Positions 26,762 through 40,400 of a DNA stretch of 64,000 bases are shown piece after piece; within the stretch, counting starts at the first letter, position 1, and each line of letters begins with the position of its first letter. The notes beneath the pieces were generated by a model. The model ran no database searches and had not been told where the DNA came from. It saw nothing but the letters and a program-made list of their open reading frames with translations. This stretch comes from Antedon mediterranea (lineage: Eukaryota > Animalia > Echinodermata). The translations under genes and the position numbers were made by a program. Location: positions 19,282,001-19,346,000 of the forward strand of contig NC_092674.1 of the NCBI RefSeq assembly GCF_964355755.1, in the 5' to 3' direction.

Positions 26762-28489
26762 TACAGTATACTCTATACGCTTAGTGATGCTGAGTTCTGC
26801 CATTATATAATAGAATAATATAAAGTATGTTCTGTGTATAGAGTGCAGAATAGGTAAAAGTAAATTTCCCATTGAAAAATGAACTTAACGCAACTTACGT
26901 GCTATGCGCAAAAAATGCGTCCGTGACGTGAAAAAAAAGATTCAAACGCTCAAAATGTTATGAAAGATGCTTTAATTTGATCAGACATTTATTTTGAGAA
27001 CTTTAAAATGTTGAAGCTCAACGTTCCTGCGTACGCATACGAGTTTTATATTTATGTTTATGCGTTGTGAATTGAATTGATATCTGAAAGGCAGTTATGA
27101 AAATATGATTGATAATATCAAAGTGAATAAAGCAATGTTATGAGTTAAAAAAAGAAATATCAAAACAAGTATGACATAATCTAACATTAATTGTTTATTC
27201 CTACTTTTTAATAACATTTTAACAATTATGTTTATGAAAATAAATAATACGTACATTTGACGCATAGTTCTTTAACAATTTAGCGAAAGATGAAGATTAA
27301 CAATAAAAAAAAAAGAGAGCTGCTCCACATCTATCTATACAATAATTTTAGATAACCCTTGTACTGCATATATTGATGTTAATCAACCTTGGCGAAGTAT
27401 TAACTACGTTGCTGAAGCCAAAAACCTCAAATGTTACACTGGACTGATAGACTACTGGTATCGTTTTACTGGAGCAGGCGGTGGGGAGATGCCAATAGAG
27501 TGTGTTAAGACCGGTAGATGTAGTGTTCTCAAGCCGATATGGTTGTTTGGTAGGTTATCGGATGTTTTGCGTACTCACATTTCGCAGACCGAACAATTTG
27601 TCTTCTGCATAACATTTAGACGACATGACATTTTAATGACAATAAAGCCAACAGGACACTTCGCCGACAGACAATTGACCGACATGCACTCGACCGTCAT
27701 GACATTCTGCCGACTGACAATTGGATGACAAGACAAATATATATAAAATCACACTTATAAAAATAAAACAAAAAAAAAGTAAAAGTATTGGCAGCATTGT
27801 TAACTAATTCATGGACGATACACTTACAAACTTTAAAAAGGTACAAAAAAGATATCTAATTCAGGATTTTGACAAACACAGTTGTTACAAAAAAACAAAT
27901 TCTATCAAATATACCATTCATACAAACATTATTTACAGACAAATTGTACATGCAACATTGATTTTGAACGAAGTCTACGAATTGGGACATTAAAATTAAA
28001 ATTAGATACAAGATTACAAGTGAACATAGAGTTTACACATTTATACAAAAAAGGGTATATACTTCAAATTGAACTTATTGAATTGAACGTATCGGAAACT
28101 TTTAAGATTTGAGATATAAAATCTAACCTTTGACCTTAGATAATGTTCAATTCCTCAGAACTCGTAAACCGTACATCATAGTAACACGAAACTAATGACA
28201 AATGATGCAGAAGTACTACTTTCTAGTTATGCCCATTTAACTCAATACTGTAAGAGTTATTTAAAAATAATATATCTGGACCTACAGTATATGACATTTT
28301 ACCGCGTTAACATTTTAATGTAAAAGAAATAAGAGGGAAATCATTCTATTAAATGCTTGTATCTTAATTTAAAATTATACATCAAAAACCTGCCATCCAG
28401 TTAATGATATGTTGGCTTTTAATGGAAAGGTTAAATCTAACTTCATATCAATTTGATCACTGGTGCGCGTACGTACAATTGAAGAACAA

Positions 28490-28600
28490 GTCGCTATCCA
28501 ATCAGGTTTTAACAATAACATGAAAACTCTAGTGGTGTAATGTTTAGGACTTCTACATATTAAGTAGAAGGTTCCAGGATCGAATCTCGTTTGGGGCCAA
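28490..28600 (+). repeat. Dispersed tRNA-derived repeat, copy 2
   Basis: gtcgctatc..catgaaaactctagtggtgtaatgtttaggac..ggatcgaatctc has A- and B-box-like motifs and matches the reverse complement of 40085-40200. Confidence 0.55.
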
Positions 28601-30428
28601 ACAAATAATTCCATCATAATTTAAAGACCGCAAGTAACTTACTTTTTTTGTTTGTATGATTCTGCAGGTAATCATCCAAGTCCACAAGAAGGAATTGCGA
28701 CAAGACAAGTATGCACGAGTGAAAGTACCAATGGAGACGATAACTGCTGTACAGACACACGCACCATTAATATATAAAACTGTAATGGGTACTATGTCTA
28801 CAAGTTGTTCCAGCCTCCTAATTGTAATGAGGGATTTTGTGCAGGTACAAGCTATCATTCAATCAATCAATCAAAGTAACATTTATTTCTCTTGTCTTTC
28901 ATAGAAAATAAAAATTAACAGTAAAAATTATTAAAATAAGAGGGGCAACATTCCTAAAAAGCAAAGCTTGTATAAGGCAGCCCATAGAAAATGAAAAAAA
29001 AAAACTGGACAACACGGGACATTTTTTGTATCATTTATTGACGCATTTGCTTAATCAGTTTTATATAATATATTATACAATTAGTATGACATAAGTTCAA
29101 CCAAATATACTTGAAAGCTAGACTATTATCCGTAATCAATTATTAATTTTTCCGTCATTTAAAATTTCGACAAATTAATAATAATATTAAGTCATTACAT
29201 TTTAGGCGTTTTCAAAAAACGATATTTGTAGAGGTATACAATAATATTATTAAACTGTTGAATGATGTAAAGGTAAACGTTTTACAGGTAAAGAGGTTCC
29301 TTGTTCCCAAGGAAAACGTTCATCAAATGGTTACACGCCTAACTGCATGCGTAAGTTTATCTTTATTTTGTATAAATCAAATAAATTCCACATTTATTTC
29401 CACTAAAATCAGCAAGCATCAACATAGTATAAAATCAGCAAGCATCAACATAGTATTATGTATTTATTTACCAAAAAAAAAAAACAACAACAAATTTTCA
29501 TTTAGCCGAAGAACGACATATAGTCCGTTATAATGTTGCCCCTGCTCACAGGCATATACAAAAATTGCATAAATATTAACACCCATAAATGCAATTTACA
29601 ATTAATAACATAAAAGCAAGAACAAAAATAAATACAAAGTATTCTCGTTAATAAGTAATATGTTTTACTTTGCAAATGAACTATTAAACGTTTCTTTAGA
29701 AAGGGATATATTTTTCATATGATCTACCCAGCTTCTGCTGAGGTTTTGATTAATGTATGTATTATTATCATCATAATGAAGTGAAAAGAACCTTGGGGTA
29801 AGAAAAGAGGTCGTTTTCCACTCCAGATTTGAAGTGAACCTTTAAACAATTTAAAAACAAAACATTGCAGATGTAAGGGAGAAAATTACATTTGTTTTTA
29901 TTTGTATTTAAATGTACCAATAAAATGTTTTTTCAGACAATCCTCCTGTAAACCCAATTTCGCCAACATTGGAGACAAGCTTAGGTGACACTGAGTTTAT
30001 CTGTAGATTCAATGTGCAGCACTACAGCAATATGTCGTATACTGTGAAATGGTATGCGCAAGGAGATAATAGAAACAGCTTTGCATTTTCAGCGGTTCAT
30101 GGTAATTCAGTAACATTGGGCACTCAACAGCTGAGAAGCGTATTTGGTTCTGGCATTACACTGGTAAGAAACAACAAACTAAATAAAAACCACAATACAA
30201 AAAAAAAAAAATTACACAAAAAGGTGTTAAATCTAAAGACATAATTGAAATAATAATCAGTCATACATATTACTTCAATAAAGAAAAAATGCATTTTTAA
30301 TTAAAAATTATTATATTAAAATTCATTTTAAAACAGAAAAGATCTGCTTGAGGTTTTTTTGAGTTTTCAACGCAAATCCGCGAAATACGAGAAGTTATTT
30401 ATTTTTTCAAAAGCAATCCGGTAAAGTA

Positions 30429-30842
30429 AACAAGGCCAACAGCAATAAGTAGCGTGCTCTCAGAAAAAAATGAACTTTCAAAAAGTAATGTACTTTAAAT
30501 CTTTTCTGTACATCAAAACAGTTCAAAAAGTACAGAAAAGCGATAACACGCATAGTGATACCGGACCGACAGACAGACCGACAGACCGACCGACCGACAT
30601 AGTGAACTATAGAGTCGCGTCCACGCGACTAAAAAGGTGTTAAATTCATAAACATCATTGACATAATAATCAATCATACATATAACTTAAATACATACAA
30701 AAATGCATATTTATTAAATCAATATTAACAAGGCCATATACATCCTGTAGCGCATTCGCGTGCTCAAATTTGAGTTAGCGATTACCGATCGACCAACCGA
30801 CCGACACAGTGAGCTGTAGAGTCGCGTTGCACGCGGCTAAAA
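30429..30842. mobile_element. Two short HINE/DINE-1-like elements with (GACA/GACC)n and a terminal hairpin
   Basis: aacaaggcca...(gaca/gacc)n...agagtcgcgtccacgcgact at about 30429-30632, and a similar copy at about 30727-30842. Confidence 0.6.
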
Positions 30843-33800
30843 TATATTCAAATTAAATTTAAAGAAGAGATCTGCTCGATGTTTTTTGAGATTTTTTTTT
30901 ATCAGGAACAACTTCCTTTCTAAGGACAACTACCCCGCAGCACAGCCTCTAATAATAAAACTAGGATTCGTTTAGAGGTTCTTTTATAATGATTTGTTTT
31001 GTTTCAGATAACATGTACTTTAGCAGCCGAGTACATCAACACGGATGGTACTGCCATGAGTGAACCGTCTGTAGTGAATAAAAGTAACGCCGTCGCAATG
31101 AATCATCCTAGCAATGGTAGTAAGAAGTAATAACCAACACGTTCCAATATAGTTTGTATTGAATTGTCGTATTTAAAAACGACATTTTCATAATTACTTA
31201 TTATAATAGTGGAAGTAAGGAAACTTTTCTTGGCTATCATTGTGATCAAGTTCTGTTCTTTTGCGCAAATGTTTTCTATTTAAGTATTATTTTGATATGT
31301 ATGTAAAGTATTTTAACTGACCTTGATTGTGTTTTCCTCCGAAAAAATAATTTTTCAATTTGTTGTTGTTGAATGTGCCATTTTAATTTCACATGATAAT
31401 TATCCACTTTGAAAAAAAATTGAATCGAAAAAAAATAATGTATTTTTACCTGAAAAAAATTATTTTATATACAAAATTGGTCGAATTGGCTGGCAGTCAA
31501 TGGATTTTTGGTGGAATGTAACAATTTATTTTGTCATTTTATATGAGAAAACATTATTTTGTTGTTTGTTATTTTTATGGAAGGGATTAACTTTATTAAA
31601 ACTACAAAAACCTATTCAAAGTCTGATTTAATTAATCTTCATTTTTCATGTTTTTGGGGCACAATACATCTTAAATAAAGATTTAAAAAAATACAACTCT
31701 CACGTTACGTATTACTTATCCCTTCACGATGGGCAAATCTAATACCCAGATTATTACATAGTTTACGTATATAATAAGTTTGCTTGTGATCTCTTTATTC
31801 CCCCGGGAAGAATAGCATTGATTTGTTGGTGTTTTATATACATGTGTAGTGTCTTCTTTGTAAACTGAGCTTTCCATAATATTATAAAAATGTATTACAC
31901 AGAATGAAGATTTCAATCAAAATGCAAAATGTCTTTAAAGTTAATACCTTAAGCTTTTCATTGAACAGATTATCTGTTTTTAAAAATGTTGTCATTATTT
32001 TGAATATTACGCAGACAGGCACATTTTAAAATGAATTCCTTACACATTTTAATGGATAAAACAACGTAAAATAAAAATATGTAACAGACACATGTTTTCA
32101 ATGAAAAAAAAGCACTGACTTGATTGAATAATACTAGTTTAATTACTTTGTAACCTTATACACAGAATAAAGGATTTAATTGCATAATATACTAACTTGT
32201 CTGTTTGTTTTGAAATATATATATTTTAATTACACTTGAACTGATCTCATTTTGAACATGACAACTTTGCAGGCCAAATGTTTACAATGTTTATTATTCC
32301 GCTCTGACGAAAAAGAAACATATTGAAAATCAGCCCGAGAAGAAAAAACCACATTTTACGTAAATAAAATAAAATAATGTAGATAAGTAGGCCCTACCTA
32401 TTCTATGAAATATAACAAAAACATTAGGCCTAAATATAACTCTGTCATAAAAACCTTAATGTACATTATCAGTATCCTTATACGAATTTGACAAAATATA
32501 TATAAATCTCATTCAATTCTATAAAGGCATGGTTTCAATCTTCAATAGGGTACCTCTAATCGGTCAACAAAGACATTTACATTTAACGGCGTGATGTTTG
32601 CACATTAGTGACTATGAATTTTTAAAAATTTGCACATTTGAAGATGTGTCACGTTTGCACAAATGTGGTTGTTTGCACATTTCACGGTTCAACAGGGTGT
32701 GGCCGAAATTACGATACGCCGTTAGCACCCGTAAACAAATATAATATATTAAAAAAGCTATGAAACCAATGGTAATTAACTGTTTATAGTATAATTTAAG
32801 TTTAGTTTGCAATAAAATATATAATTAAATACATTACATAAAAAGAAATCCAAATTTAAACATATATATATATATATATATACAGATTTTTGTTTAAAAA
32901 AGTCCAAATAAAAATGGCCTTCCATAAAATAAAGTACGCCCTCATTCGTCACACTTTAATCGAACTTGTGATTGTATTAAGATACTGAACCCATACGATT
33001 TGTTAATTATTGCCTCTTTTTTATCTCGAGTGGCAACAAATATTTTTCTAATTTATATCCATTGTTTTAATCAGGGACAATAATGTTGTATATCTTGAAC
33101 ACATTACAACAATTCTAGTATACCATTATGGTGAATTTTAGTGACATGAAATCACGAACAAACGAACAGTGTGTAAAACTGGCCAATAAAAAGTATGTTA
33201 TTAATATGGAGCCACTTTAAACTCGCATCAGAAAAAGACTTTCGATACAAAAAACTGCTGTTTGGAAATTGGATGTTTGAAATAATTATTGTTTGAATTT
33301 ATGAACAAGCGTATCGTGTGCAAAACAGTTTTTTTCATCTGATTAACAAGCGAACGGTGCATAAAAATGCAATGATGTTTTGTTTCAAATGTTCATGAAC
33401 TACATGAAATATTGATAAATGAGTCAGCTAATATATTAACGTTATATTAATTCAATTATTGCTGTCTGGGCTAAATATTCTTTATGGTGGTTTGTATTAT
33501 GGTTAGTTACAATACTACTTTAAACAATATACTTAGGTAAAGCTGTGAAACATTTTTAGCATGTTTTTAAAATAAGGTATATTTTTCTTTTTAATTGTTT
33601 ATTTTAGACAGCACTGACTTGAAAAGATCGTCATCAGAATTCAGAATACATTTCTTTAAAATGTAAACATCTCTGCTAAACAAACAAAATCACGAAACTA
33701 CATGCAGTCGCTTTTGTTGTTTATGTTTCCTTAAGTACTCAATCCATGAATTTGAAACCAACCAATAATTTTGTTTTACTTTCTTTTTATTTGTTTTGCA

Positions 33801-34421
33801 TTTTCTACAATCCAATTCTAAAAATTGTATTATACCATGGCACAATCAATGGTTAGGGTCGTTAAACGTTAAGATAACAATACAAAATAATCACGAGGTT
33901 ACGTACATTGTGTTGTCTTACCGTCTGTTGGCTGTGTACGTACACTCACCTTTGTTGTTTATGGTTCGTTATTTAATCAATCCATGAATTTAAAACCAAC
34001 CAACAATTTTGTTTTACTTTCTATTTATTTGTTTGAATGTATTTAATTTTCTACAATCAAGTCCTACATTTTATTATAATACCATGGGACAGTCAATGGT
34101 TAGGATCGTTAAACGTTAATATAACAACACAAAATAATCACGAGGTTACGTACATTGTGTTGTTGTCTTTTTTAACGTCTGTTTGTATTTGTATTGAAAG
34201 AGCAACAGATATTACTAGAACACATAACCTATGCATTGAACCCGGAAATTGTTCGTAATGGTGAAAATGAATTGTTTCAAAAACTTACGTTCCTATAAAG
34301 AAACACAAAAATAAAACGGTTGAATTTTATTGGTTCATATAATACAGCATTGCCCTTAGTAAAGTTTCTAACAATCTATAACTGTCGTAGAGGCAGTCTA
34401 CATTTCCATTTACCTGCAAAG

Positions 34422-37400
34422 ATGTTGAAGATAATGTCTCATAATTTATTGATTTTGTTTTTGTTTTGTTTGTTGGTGGATTCTTCTAAATGTGTTGAGG
34501 TTGCATGTAGTAATGATACTTATGTGAATGCAGTTTGTGAATGTACAGAAAGAACACGAACAGTGAATTGTACAAACCGTGGACTCAATGAATGGCCAGT
34601 TGGAATTCCTGTAAATACACTGTTTCTGTAAGTTTAGATTTTTAAATTTAAATTTCATAAATCTAGTAAAACAAAAAGTAAATAAATAAAACTTAATTAC
34701 ATGTAATTCAGCTTATTCACCAATAACATATTTAAAAAGTAGTACAAATATAAACTTTGTAATATATTAAATATGTAATTATGTAATAACGTTTGCACTG
34801 GCCTCCTAGCTATGTGCGTGCTATGTGAGATACAATATTGTAGTTAGTGTAGCTTGTAATTCAGGTGGTTATTGCCCGGATGCGATTTTTTTTTTCGTAC
34901 ATAAGTTGGGGACCCCCTCATGAAACGTCACAAAATAAACATGAATAATTCATCAGTTAAATTTTCTTGTTCCGTGTGCACCCAAGCGTATAGCAACAAG
35001 AAGTGATTACACAAGTGCGGTACGATTCTAGGCCTATCTCCGCTGTTGAAGAATAGCGGCGTTTTGTGTGGATTGTCGAAATAATCGGCCTTTAGTTTAT
35101 GGTGTTTTTAATATAATTTATTACTAAAGAATTACGTGTTAAAATTATAGTTTCTATTAATACTATTAGGCCTAATTATTAGTCTCTAAACCCATGTCTA
35201 TTCTAGTAGTAGCTGTGTGGATGTGTGTGACGTGTGTGTGTGTTAGGTATGACCAAAGATAGTTACACTATCTTTGGTAATAGTTACACTATCTTTGGTA
35301 TGACACAATCCGAGTAATAAGTCAGCAAAAACAATAAACATTACACAAAAATACATTTTTTATTCTCGTGGGTCAAATCTTCCCATCTCATGTGTTCATA
35401 TACGCGCATTTTTAAAGTTCCTTTGAGTACATTGTTTGATAATTGATAGCAGAATTAAAAAAATACAGTACACAAATTATACACATTCTTTATTCTTGTG
35501 GGTCTAAGCTTTCTTTGGGCTATGTCCAAGAACGCTTGGGTGCACACGGAACAACAACTGCGATACGATTCTTTCTACAATAATAGGCCTAGGATTCTAG
35601 GTCAATTCACGTGATTGCCTTCGCGCACTCTTCTTCACACACACGTCCACTATGCAAAATGTGTCGAGGCTAATCGACAGCTAGGCAAAACATTAAACTA
35701 AGTAGTAATTGGACGTACATAGCCCAAAGACACAAGTCACACACACCGTACCCACACAGCTACTACTAGAATATACAGGGATTTAGAGACTAGTAATTAG
35801 GCCTAATAGTATCAATAAAACCTATAATTTTAACACGTAATTCTTTAGTAATCAACTATATTAAAAACACCATAAACTAAAGGCTGATTATTTCGACAAT
35901 CCGCACAAAACTCCGCTATTCTATTATGAAATCGCACGCGGCAACCACAGCGGAGATAGGCCTAGAATCGTACCGCACTTGTGTAATCACTTCTTGTTGC
36001 TATACGCTTTGGGTGCACACGGAACAAGAAAATTTAACTGATGAATTATTCATGTTTATTTTGTGACGTTTCATGATGGGGTCCCCAACTTATGTACGAA
36101 AAAAAAAATCGCTGCCCGGATACGGTAGTCCCGATTCCATATACAGTATAGCGCATGCGCATACTTCCGTCAAGAACTTAACCTTGTACAACACTATTAT
36201 ATTTATAGTTTTTTTAATATAAGCCAAAATTGAAAACGCACTGAGAGAATCGAATAAACATTCATCTAACTAAAAACAAAAACAAAACAAAAACAACTTT
36301 GGGAAAAAAGAGGTTACGTACTTCGATGTCGACGACCCAAAACATTCGACAAACATGTATTTCTCCAATGTTTAGTGTTTTTACATTAGTTGATAGTTAA
36401 TTAATTCTAATAATAACGGATTTGAAATAAACTAGTTGTTTTACCATAACATAATTACTTGTTTATAGTTACTTAAGAGACAACAACCTGAAGAAAATCG
36501 ACACCAATGCTTTGTTAGAACTACAGGAACTTATTTCAATGTAAGATTTCAAAATTAATTGTCATTATTTTGAGTTATTTTATCTAGTTTTGCTCCTTTT
36601 AAATATGTCTAATTTATCAATGATGCATATTGTATCAATGTTATCTGTGTCCATTACTCAGGATAAAAAACGATACTCTCACAAACTGTATTGATACAAG
36701 GGAAGAGTGAAATTCCCTGATTGACACCGTGTTTTTGTTGCTTATCCTTACACATTCATCATCTATAGCGAAAAGAGTATATCCTACAATTGTACCTTGT
36801 CTAATTTTACATTCGAACTTTAGAGATAGTTAGCTAAAATTGTTCATAGTCATTATGTTTAAATAATTCCCATTAAAATAGACTATGGCACACATTACAC
36901 AAACAAGTATGCGTTGATTTTAAAGGATAGAATAATTTACTTTATTTGAATATTTTATAATTTAATTTTTTTTTTAGTTAGGTGTTAACCAAAAACTAAA
37001 TTATATTGAGGTAAATCATTACACCAAAATGTATACGCTAGTTTGTGTTTGTTTTTTTTATTTACTGAAATAAAATACAACTTTAATCAATTTGTTTTTC
37101 TTTTTGACAGAAACCTTCATAATAATTTACTTACTAGTTTACCAAGATTTCCAAAGACAATCGTTTCAGTGTAAGTGCTATTTATACAATCTCTTCTTGT
37201 CGTATCGTATTATGTACGTATTACGCCTGTTTATTATTGGAAATAACACTATTTAATTTGATAATAGCGGACATTTTGTTGGAATTTTTGTTTATTTTTT
37301 ATTTTTTTTAGATATGCAATGAATAACATGTTGACAGAAGTATCGACATGTTTTAATGACCTTCCCAATCTTCGTCATGTGTAAGTTTATACATTTAAGA

Positions 37401-40400
37401 ATCGATATCAACTGTTTCTAAAATATAGTTTTATATGCCTGCATTAAAAAAAGATGTGTTGGTATTGTGCCAAAATATATATTGTTGTACATTGATTAGT
37501 GATTAAATAATAAAGGTGGTAATTACTACCTAAAGCATTTACAATCCAACGGAACTAGATAAATGAAAAGTTGAAATAGTCTGCAGTAGAATTATACAAT
37601 AATGTGGTCAACAAAATGATTTAGGTTGGTATAACCGTATGGTTGTCGTAATACGGTACACTATGACTGAATTACGCAATTTGCTATGTACATACATGTT
37701 GTAGTCTAACAGAACACATGTTCAGAGCTATTAAATCTCTCAAAAATATGAATATCAAAAGGTTTTGAGTGACTAGCCAATCACATGTGGCTGAAACTAC
37801 TCAACCATATCGTATGCACCTACATAGTTTCAAGTGTCGGCGCATCATGTAGGCGTCTTTCTAGACTGTTAATTTAGCTCAAGTTTTATATGTATGAAAC
37901 GTCATAACAATGTGCCAAAAATAATAAACCGAAACACAGTATATAACCTATTTGATAGTCGATTTCAAGGTCGTGAAGATGTGAATTTCCCTGTTAATAA
38001 TGTTTTCTCTAAACGAACTACTGTGATATTATTAGGAATGAGAGACAGGAATGTTGGTATTAATGTCAGACAATGCTGGCTTTCATGTTTGTGTTTTTAG
38101 AAAAAATATTAGTTGTTGAGAATTGTTCTCACTCAATAGTTATTGCAGTTAACCCATTTGTTCTCGAAATTAAATGAGAATGTTTTAATTGTTGACAAAC
38201 CTATATTGTAAAATGAAATCAACACAACTTTTCAATGGGAATTTGCCGTTGCTGCAATATCGAACATAACAATGCTATTTGAACGATATTTATTATTTAT
38301 AATAATTAATTTTGTGTTGCTTTTGGAATAGAAATATAGATCACAACAGTATATCTATACTAAAAAATACTACAGTTAAAGGCTCGAATTTGGTAGATCA
38401 TTTGTAAGTAAATACATTTTTTTTAAATGCATATTAACCATAACGAAAATCTTCAAACTACTACTACTATAGCTAATGCTGCTACTGCTAATGCTGCTGT
38501 TTGTGATGCTGGCGCCACCACCACTACCACCGCCAACAACACCACTATAGCTAATACTGCTAATTCTGCTGCTTCTGCTGCTGCTGCTGCCGCCGCCACC
38601 ACCACCACCGCCAACACCATCAACCCCAATACTACTAATAGCAAATACTGCTACTGCTAATGCTGCTGCTTCTGCTGCATATACGTCGTCCGATATAAAT
38701 TCAGTCATGAACACTGGAAGGAAAAAGACTAAAAATCCACACTGTATTATTTGTTGATGCAGTTAATTGGTATGAACATTGCTAACTCAATTCTTCCTGT
38801 TATAAAGATGCTTTATTTATTATGTCTGCTCCAAATTTGTTCTTTTTAAATCCTGTAACCGAACAACAATTATTTTAAATGTAAATTTTTAGAAGGGTAG
38901 AGGCCATGATTGCGTTATACCACATTTACTAAAGTTAATTTCTCTAATTTTTAATAAACATCTTATGCATGGTATTAATTCTTCTTTTTTTATCTGGTAT
39001 AGTTCCAAATCTTATTAAAATAGCCAAAGTTATACAAATATTCAAGAAGCGAGGCCAAGACCAACTCGCTTATTATAGACCGATTTCTTTGCTTTCAGTA
39101 TTCTCTAAAATAATAGAAAAATTAATGTACTCAAGATAAAATGATCATCAATATGTTTTCAGATATTTATTTTTTATTAAAATGTTATTAAATCCAATTA
39201 TTTAATTTTTCATAACATTCAAAGTAAACCTATTTTTCATAAATTACGATCTTCGGCTCAATGCCCAAAATTGTTGAACGTAAGGTTGAAACACTATTCT
39301 TAGGTGTTTTTATTCAAGATAATTTAAAATGGAACAGTCAAAATAATTTTAATTATCAAAAGCAATTGGAATAATGAATAAGAATAAGCATTGTTTTTCC
39401 TAAATATACCTTACTTACCCTTTATAACTCCTGCAACATTATTTGGATATCCTACTACTCTTCAAACTTAAATAAGAATAGAATATACTAATTACACTAT
39501 CACTACTACCATTAGCATTACTACAAATACTACTACCACTATCATTATTACTACTACCAGTAATACCACTGCCACTACTACCAACACCACTACCACTACT
39601 GATAATAATGATATTACTGTTTTTTTTTCTTGCAGTTAAATTTATTGTAAGTTTGTTGAAATACAACATGTGTTTGTAATTGAAAGAAAAACGAAAGAGA
39701 AAAAAACAATAAAGAAGAACTAAACTTAGGAACATCATGTAATTCAGGCCTGTATAATTCCTAAAAAATGAAATTTACCTTTTTTGTAGTTTTTGTCATT
39801 GCCTACATGGTTTATTAGTACTAACGATAATAATTATTATTCTTGTAAACAAGTATAATTGAAAATATTTCACAAAATGTATTGAAGTTACTTTATACTG
39901 ATCCCAAATGGCCATGAAGAGATGGTGTTATACATTTACTGTACTTTGAATGTTTATTTCCTACCATATATATATGTATATACGCGGTGGTAGTGTATAT
40001 ATAAACACATCATGTATCATGTATAGCACATTAATTCTAAACCGCCCGGTGATAAACTGAAATTTATTTAATTTGAAATGATAAAGATGAAGACATCTGT
40101 GAGAATGGGAACCCGGACATTTTGCTTGATATGCAGCTGTCCTAACCATTAGACCACTGCGGCTTTCATGGTATAGTTCAAACCCGATTTGATAGCGACT
40201 CTTTAACATTCTCGGCGTGGTACAGCGGAACAGCACTAGTCCCTCAAATTGTACGTACAATATATATATATATATATTATTGTTTTAGGCGGATCCAGTC
40301 TGACAACGAAATGCAAGTGCTCTGTGAAAATGCGTTTGTATTGGATACAAATTATACTGCTGAAGTGTAAGTAAGATTCGTGAATTATTCTTTCTTTTAC

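Larger units (their letters stand above)
22659..31130 (+). pseudogene. Secreted multidomain gene: signal peptide, poly-Arg, 5x TSP1, EGF-like, UMOD/GP2/OIT3-type Cys-rich (D8C) domain, VWDE-like segment; two in-frame stops
   Basis: Exons with GT-AG sites and matching phases: 22659-23709, 27352-27549 (DNPC..WRS..C..WYRF..MPIEC..C..PIWL), 28668-28844 (GNHP..EG..RQVC..CC..NCNGYYVY.L.PP.C..FCA), 29288-29350, 29937-30163, 31008-31130. Stops: TAG 22953-55 at a TSP1 Trp position and TAA 28775-77. Confidence 0.85.

Noticed and set aside
38376-38714. Overlapping Ala/Thr/Ser/Gly-rich ORFs (antifreeze-like)
   Set aside because: They arise from an intronic trinucleotide low-complexity tract.
40085-40170. 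Functional tRNA gene
   Set aside because: The T-loop/B-box and acceptor stem are broken and the copies are mutually diverged; treated as a repeat.
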